From the NCBI GenBank assembly GCA_017463125.1, contig JAFTPV010000005.1:7519-71518 (forward strand): a stretch of DNA of 64,000 nt, given 5' to 3'. Positions within the stretch are counted from its first letter, which is position 1. Each line of letters starts with the position of its first letter. The notes under the pieces were generated by a model, which had not been told where the DNA came from, ran no database searches, and was given only the letters and a program-made list of their open reading frames with translations. Of this stretch, positions 58,813 to 64,000 are shown piece after piece. Both the position numbers and the translations under genes were made by a program. This stretch comes from Clostridia bacterium (GTDB lineage Bacteria; Bacillota; Clostridia; Oscillospirales; CAG-272).

Positions 58813-60003
58813 ATGAACGGAAAAAATATGGATTTTACAAAACACATACCCGAAATAGAAAAGAAAATACGCTATACCTTCAAGGACAAGAATCTGCTGA
58901 CACAGGCCTTCACCAGAGCCAGCTTCTGCAATGAGAAGAACCGCAGGGGCGAAAACTATATGTCAAACGAGGTGCTGGAATTTTTCGGTGACAGCGTGCT
59001 GTCTACGGCTATAATAACCCTTATGCTTGAGAAAAAAACAGAGCGATACCGTCACGGAATCAAGACCGACTGGAACGAGGGCGATTTCTCAAACCTCAGA
59101 TCAAAGCTCAGCGACAAGCGCAATCTTTCAAAGAGCACAGCAGAGCTTGGGCTGCAAAGGTATCTCATAATGGGCGAGGGTGACAAGGCGTGCGGTATTG
59201 AGAACGAGCCTTCGGTTATGGAGGACCTGTTTGAGAGCATTATCGGCGCGATATACGTTGACTCGGGTAACGATATAAAGACGGTTATAAAGTCGGTAGG
59301 CTGTATGCTGGACGTTTCGGCTTACGGTGACACGAAGGAGGCTCCGATACAGAGCTATAAAAACGCTTTGCAAGAGTGGTGCGCTGACAAATCCCACAGA
59401 CTTCCCGCCCCTGTGTACAAAACTTTAGAGGAGAGCGGACCTGACCACAAGAAGAGCTACAAGCGCGCCTGCTATATTGGCGATAAGCTATACGGTGTCG
59501 GAGAAGGAAAAAATCAGAAGCTTGCCGACAGCGCCGCCGCAGAGGCTACGCTCCTTATGTTAAAGGAAGAAAACGCACCGAAAATCAAAATAGACTCTGA
59601 CGCGCCCGCAAGGCTTAAAGAGCTATGCGCGAAGGGCAAGCACCCCTCTCCCGAGTGGCGAGACCTCGGTGAAACCGAGAAATCAACAGACTCCTCGAAG
59701 GAATTTATGGTAGAGTGTCGCGCTATGGGTAAGAGCGCCGTAGGCATCGCTAACAGCAAGGCGGAGGCAAGAGCGCTAGCCGCAAGGAGCATACTTGATG
59801 CCGTAATAGTAAAAAACAAAGAAAAATCGGATAAAGCTTCAAAAAAACAGGATAAAAAGAGCTATCCAAAGCTGACCGTCAAGGATAAGCCAATGCCAAA
59901 AGAGGCAAAAGGCGCAGAAGCGCCAAAGCCCAAGCAACAGAGGACATCAAAGGGCGCACACGCGCCAAAGAAGCGTCCCTCCTGGCAGAAAAAGCACCTA
60001 TAA
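58813..60003 (+). CDS. rnc: Ribonuclease III with two dsRBD-like domains and a Lys-rich tail
   Basis: NEVLEFFGDSVL signature, EDLFESIIGAIYVD, YKNALQEW...GPDH dsRBD, second domain RLKELC...G.A.SK.EA. Confidence 0.85.
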   Translation: MNGKNMDFTKHIPEIEKKIRYTFKDKNLLTQAFTRASFCNEKNRRGENYMSNEVLEFFGDSVLSTAIITLMLEKKTERYRHGIKTDWNEGDFSNLRSKLSDKRNLSKSTAELGLQRYLIMGEGDKACGIENEPSVMEDLFESIIGAIYVDSGNDIKTVIKSVGCMLDVSAYGDTKEAPIQSYKNALQEWCADKSHRLPAPVYKTLEESGPDHKKSYKRACYIGDKLYGVGEGKNQKLADSAAAEATLLMLKEENAPKIKIDSDAPARLKELCAKGKHPSPEWRDLGETEKSTDSSKEFMVECRAMGKSAVGIANSKAEARALAARSILDAVIVKNKEKSDKASKKQDKKSYPKLTVKDKPMPKEAKGAEAPKPKQQRTSKGAHAPKKRPSWQKKHL

Positions 60004-60008
60004 AATTT

Positions 60009-60042
60009 TGAGAGCAAGCCAACTTGGGCTTGCTCTCTTTTT
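60009..60042. terminator. Terminator between rnc and cassette 3
   Basis: GAGAGCAAGCC...GGCTTGCTCTC-TTTTT. Confidence 0.8.
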
Positions 60043-60051
60043 ATTTATGGA

Positions 60052-61467
60052 TTATTTAGCTTCGTACGCGTTATCTGACAATCCGATTATAAAGTTATCT
60101 ACACATACCGTAGAATTTATAGGCATTGCATTGTCAAGATAGAAGTAAATTCTATTGTTATATGTATTCGCGGTATCGGTAAGAGTCATAGTATATCCAT
60201 ATGTATCGTCTACATATATCTGCACATACTTTACTCCACCAACATTATAGAATTCGAGGCGGATGTTGCACCATTTACCGGGCGTTATAACGGCAGTGTC
60301 TTTTGCTCCAAGAGAAAGTGTCGTTCCATCTGAATTTCGGTAAGCCTTAATGTAATCGCCACCGTCAAGGCGGAACAACGGACGACCGTCGCTGGTTCCC
60401 GTGAACATATCGCTCATTTTATAATCAAACTCATATATCTTACAGCTAACCTTTGTAAGATCGGTATTCTCGTCGGAAAGCGAAGAATCAGAAATTCCGG
60501 AATAATAGAAATATGCCTGGGTCCACTGTTCAACCGTTTTTGTCATGGTCGCTGCACTGTCTACAACACTTCCTGTTGAAACACTTGCACTACTAAATCC
60601 GTTGAGACTAGCACCATCTGTTCCAAAATCGCGGGCTACCGGCTTTCCGAGAAGGGCGGTTCTGTCATTCCAATACTTACCCTCTCCGCGCTCGTAAGCC
60701 TTAACCTCGATAACAGCGTTCCCGCTTACGGTGAACGTTCCGTCGGTAATAACCTCGGAGGAGGTTACGTTGCCGTTTGCATCAAGGAGAGATACCTGAT
60801 ACTTCTTTGTAGCGTCTGCGGGAGTAAAGGTAATAGAATCGGTTTCGAGATACACGCCTGCGGAGTATGCACCGTCGATAGTGCCGAGGTCGGTGTAAAC
60901 GTAGTAGTAATCGGTTACAAGGTGGTCTACGTTATTGTTTGGGTTGGTATCAATATTAAGGACTTTACCCATATTAGCCGCAAACTCAAGAGTAGAGAGG
61001 TAGAACTCTTTACGAATTTCGTCCTTGCCGGGAGTTGCGTAACCGTTCTTATAGAGCTGCTCACCGAGATACTCTGCGATGCTGTATCTTTTAGCCTCGC
61101 TTGTAGCGTCACCCGAGGTTGCGGTAACGGTGTACTGCGTTGCAAAGTCCTGAGGACCTACGCCCTCGGTTATAAATACGTATGCCGCCTTGTTCTTTAT
61201 AGTCTGCTGATTTTCTGCGGTTGCGGCAATGGTCTGTGACCACTCGGTGTCACCGCCTGTTACGGTGAGTGTAACTGTGTCCCCCGTTACGGTAGACGCA
61301 TCAACTGCATACATAAGTGAGAATTTGTCGCTGTAATAAACGTTCTGGCTGAATATTTCGGGCTTTGTGGCTTCAGTGTCTTGCGCTGATACTGCGAATG
61401 CCGTTGCGGTGAGCGCAGTCATAGCTGCCATTATGGCAATAACTTTTACTATCGTTTTGTTTTTCAT
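60052..61467 (-). CDS. Secreted/surface protein, cassette 3 gene D
   Basis: Start reassigned to MKNKTIV (AAGGA RBS); signal peptide; EIFSQNVYY..MYAV, YSIAEY N-domain; C-domain highly similar to the end of 63004..64000. Confidence 0.85.
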   Translation of the reverse strand: MKNKTIVKVIAIMAAMTALTATAFAVSAQDTEATKPEIFSQNVYYSDKFSLMYAVDASTVTGDTVTLTVTGGDTEWSQTIAATAENQQTIKNKAAYVFITEGVGPQDFATQYTVTATSGDATSEAKRYSIAEYLGEQLYKNGYATPGKDEIRKEFYLSTLEFAANMGKVLNIDTNPNNNVDHLVTDYYYVYTDLGTIDGAYSAGVYLETDSITFTPADATKKYQVSLLDANGNVTSSEVITDGTFTVSGNAVIEVKAYERGEGKYWNDRTALLGKPVARDFGTDGASLNGFSSASVSTGSVVDSAATMTKTVEQWTQAYFYYSGISDSSLSDENTDLTKVSCKIYEFDYKMSDMFTGTSDGRPLFRLDGGDYIKAYRNSDGTTLSLGAKDTAVITPGKWCNIRLEFYNVGGVKYVQIYVDDTYGYTMTLTDTANTYNNRIYFYLDNAMPINSTVCVDNFIIGLSDNAYEAK

Positions 61468-61514
61468 TCTTTCTTTCCTTTCGTTATTGTGTTTTTCTGT
61501 GAATTTTGCGCGCG

Positions 61515-61646
61515 TCATGTCCATCCTCCGTCGTCCCACGAGCCTTGAGTTAATTTTCCTGACGTGGATATTACGTCGGCAGAGTCAAATTTAACGATGT
61601 CAAGCTCGGGCGTTTGGTATGGACTTTTCAAGTCTTTTTTCCTCAC
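61515..61646 (-). CDS. 43-aa peptide, cassette 3 gene C: MRKKDLKSPYQTPELDIVKFDSADVISTSGKLTQGSWDDGGWT
   Basis: Translated by hand; AAGGAG RBS, GTG start, TGA stop; homologous to the other two peptides. Confidence 0.85.
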   Translation of the reverse strand: MRKKDLKSPYQTPELDIVKFDSADVISTSGKLTQGSWDDGGWT

Positions 61647-61677
61647 GTTAACACTCCTTTCTCTTGTTTTTTGTGGA

Positions 61678-61704
61678 TATTTGCTAATAATAATTTACAT
61701 TTTA
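61678..61704 (-). promoter_or_regulatory. 27-bp motif identical to 12478..12504
   Basis: Exact match; lies 31 nt upstream of the peptide start codon in both cassettes. Confidence 0.5.
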
Positions 61705-61705
61705 A

Positions 61706-62953
61706 TCAACAATCGAGGGCTTCGAGGAATTTTTCTCTATCCTCTTTGTCATAAATAGGAACATAGAAATCTAAAAGCTCCATTGCAGAATACATATTTC
61801 GGGTCGTGCCGGAGGAGGCTATAACGCTGGCGTTCACGTCGCTCTCTACTGTCATGTGTATTGACACGGGAGCCTTCTGTGAAAAGCCTGTACTGCTCTT
61901 CGGTAGGTAAGAAAATGCTCCGTCGGGCTTTGCAAACGTGCCTACCTTCTCGGTTGTGGCTCTTATGGCCTCGGGAGCGCCCTTGAGGAGTATTGCCATA
62001 GCCTCGTCAGCAGCAGAGTCAGCCTCTGGCGTCTTAAGACCGCGAAGAATACCGACGAGATTGCTCACCGAGTACCACGCGTTATACTGCCAACAGATAG
62101 TGCCACAGCTCTCGGGCGAGGTTATACAGTCTATCGCCGCCTTCATAGCCTTGTCAGCATTTGGGAACATTGCGCCTGCCGTATGATATGCGCCCGATAT
62201 TTTAAGCAGTGCGTTTATTGCATCGTATCCGCCCTGCACACCCCAAAGGCCCGTCTTGGGATTTTGCTTTTTGTTGAGGAAATCCACCATCGTATCCGTA
62301 AGTCCTGCCGCGATTATCAGGGGCGCCTGCGCTACTACGTTGTTACCCGAGAAATACGCATTTGTTTCCCAATCAAACGTTTCAAGATATCTTACAAGTG
62401 CGTCTGAAGAGCGCAAATGCTCCGCGAGCTTGCCATTTTCTTCACTCGTCTTGCTTTGCGATGCGGCAAGGCGCTCAACCGCTGTTGGATATGGGTACTT
62501 GAACTTAAACTTTCTAGCCATGTCAATAGCCCACGTCATATCTCTGCCGAGCCTTGAATCCTTCTGGTACCAATTTGGGTCGCTATAGTCCCACTGCGGA
62601 TGGTATATATATCCGTCCTCCGCGCTTATAAGGCTCTGACAGAAGCGCGCCATCTGCTCACGCATAGCAAGGGGCAAATCGTCAGGCTCGTCTAAAAGTC
62701 CGGTAGCTAAAAGCAGGTTTGTCGCCTGATTTGTTGACTCTATATCAGGTAAAAACGGCTCGTTGTCCCTTCCCGAATTTGAGTAATAAAAGCCGCCTAT
62801 ATTCTTGTCGTAAAGCCCGGCAAGCCATAGATAAACGCTCTCGCCGTATAGCTTGTAATGATCCTGCATGGCGCAGACGACCTCGTCGCCCTTGCCGCCT
62901 CTTCTTGTTACCTCTTTTTCAAGAGCTTCCCATTTTTCATTAAATTTTTTCAT
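61706..62953 (-). CDS. Stand-alone cytoplasmic domain X protein, cassette 3 gene B
   Basis: 415 aa; GGFYYSNSGRDNEPFLPDIEST, GYIYHPQW, SRLGRDM, QNPKTGLW, YNAWY, KPDGAFSY, ESDVNAS. Confidence 0.8.
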   Translation of the reverse strand: MKKFNEKWEALEKEVTRRGGKGDEVVCAMQDHYKLYGESVYLWLAGLYDKNIGGFYYSNSGRDNEPFLPDIESTNQATNLLLATGLLDEPDDLPLAMREQMARFCQSLISAEDGYIYHPQWDYSDPNWYQKDSRLGRDMTWAIDMARKFKFKYPYPTAVERLAASQSKTSEENGKLAEHLRSSDALVRYLETFDWETNAYFSGNNVVAQAPLIIAAGLTDTMVDFLNKKQNPKTGLWGVQGGYDAINALLKISGAYHTAGAMFPNADKAMKAAIDCITSPESCGTICWQYNAWYSVSNLVGILRGLKTPEADSAADEAMAILLKGAPEAIRATTEKVGTFAKPDGAFSYLPKSSTGFSQKAPVSIHMTVESDVNASVIASSGTTRNMYSAMELLDFYVPIYDKEDREKFLEALDC

Positions 62954-63003
62954 AATTATGTACCTTTTGGGTCTCGCCGAGCGCAGCCGCGCTCGGCATT
63001 TGT

Positions 63004-64000
63004 TTATTTCTCTTCATAGGACTTGCTTGTGCAGTCTATTATGAGGTTATCTACATATACCGAAGTATTCGCCGCCATAGCGTTGTCGATAAAGAAGCGT
63101 ATCTCGTAAGCGAAAGCACTGTCCGTGCTTATAGTTTGAGTATAGGAGTAGGTGTCATTTACGTATATCTGCACGTAGCGCGTGCCGTCAACGTTATATA
63201 CCTCAAATCTTATATTGCACCACTGACCCGGGGTGATAACCGCCGTGTCCTTCGAGCCAAGCGAGAGGCTTGTGCCATCCGAGTTTCTGTACGCTCTGAC
63301 GTAATTACGGTCTACCGTATCGTCAGTATTATAATCAAGCGCAAACAGAGCGCGTTCGTCGTTTGAGTCCGAGAACATATCGCTTATCTTATAATCAAAC
63401 TCAAATATCTTACAGCTTGACGTAGCGTAATCAGCAAAGTCGGCGTCGTTATGCTTATAACGGAAATACTCCTGCTTCCACTCACTGCTCGTTTTTGTTA
63501 AGACAGCCGCGCCGTCAGCATTCGCTCCCGTCGCGTAACCGTAATTTGAAAAGCCGTTAAGCGCTGCTCCCGCCGTACTGAAATTCCAGCTCTTATAATT
63601 CGTAAGCGCGCTCTGCGCTTGCCAATAAACACCCTTACCAAGCTCAAACGTAGGCTCTATCGGCTCTGTTTCAGTACCGTCGTCGCCGCTCTGTGCGTCG
63701 CTAATATGTCCATAGAAGAGATTGTCAATCGACATTACTGAGGTGTTTTCATAGCCTGTATAGGCGTTTCGCCATACCTTGATGCTCGTTATCAGAGCGC
63801 TTGTAGTGCCGAGACTCGTGCTTTCTCCGATTTTTACGTTGTTGACATAATAATCGGTTGTCGCGCTTCCGTCTGCAAGATATACTATCTCAAAGCGAAT
63901 GTTATACCAAGTGTCAGATAGGATAGTATTTTCCTCGCTGGCCGGAGTACTCACAGATTGCGAATAAAGGTAAAGAGTATCAGCATCGGAATTTTTACCG
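63004..64000 (-). CDS. 3' part of a large modular protein, probably cassette 3 gene A (continues beyond the window)
   Basis: WYNIRFE...YYVN...IDN modules as in the other gene A proteins; same position upstream of a domain X gene; 5' end not visible. Confidence 0.7.
   Translation of the reverse strand, partial: GKNSDADTLYLYSQSVSTPASEENTILSDTWYNIRFEIVYLADGSATTDYYVNNVKIGESTSLGTTSALITSIKVWRNAYTGYENTSVMSIDNLFYGHISDAQSGDDGTETEPIEPTFELGKGVYWQAQSALTNYKSWNFSTAGAALNGFSNYGYATGANADGAAVLTKTSSEWKQEYFRYKHNDADFADYATSSCKIFEFDYKISDMFSDSNDERALFALDYNTDDTVDRNYVRAYRNSDGTSLSLGSKDTAVITPGQWCNIRFEVYNVDGTRYVQIYVNDTYSYTQTISTDSAFAYEIRFFIDNAMAANTSVYVDNLIIDCTSKSYEEK

Overview
64 kb of an apparently clostridial (Bacillota) chromosome, judged from gene content, AGGAGG ribosome-binding sites and sigma-A promoters. 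Housekeeping blocks: a pyrimidine operon (carB-pyrK-pyrD-[GH2 insert]-pyrF-pyrE-pyrB), xth, pepF, a ZIP transporter, DUF1538/PII-like genes, a TetM-like GTPase-NYN fusion, a two-component pair, PerR-like/rubrerythrin, tRNA-Met/tRNA-Glu, an amidohydrolase and rnc. The main finding is a minus-strand four-gene cassette present three times (10.7-20.6 kb, 46.9-54.8 kb, 60.1->64 kb). Its order is: giant lipoprotein with a ~400-aa unknown 'domain X' plus repeated beta-sandwich-like modules -> stand-alone signal-less domain-X protein -> 43-47-aa peptide missed by the ORF track (Y10-x2-P13...F20-x3-DVIxTSG30...D-x(1-2)-WT) -> secreted ~470-545-aa protein. Domain X has prenyltransferase/squalene-cyclase-like repeats. 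In copies 1 and 3 the lipoprotein and the last gene share a cassette-specific C-terminal domain; in copy 2 the lipoprotein ends in a mimic of the peptide core. Copy 2 lies on a ~15.2-kb serine-recombinase element integrated at the 3' end of tRNA-Glu. Its att sites can be reconstructed, the integrase C-terminus would change on excision, and it carries a SIR2-like gene. All family assignments are by motif recognition; no searches were run.
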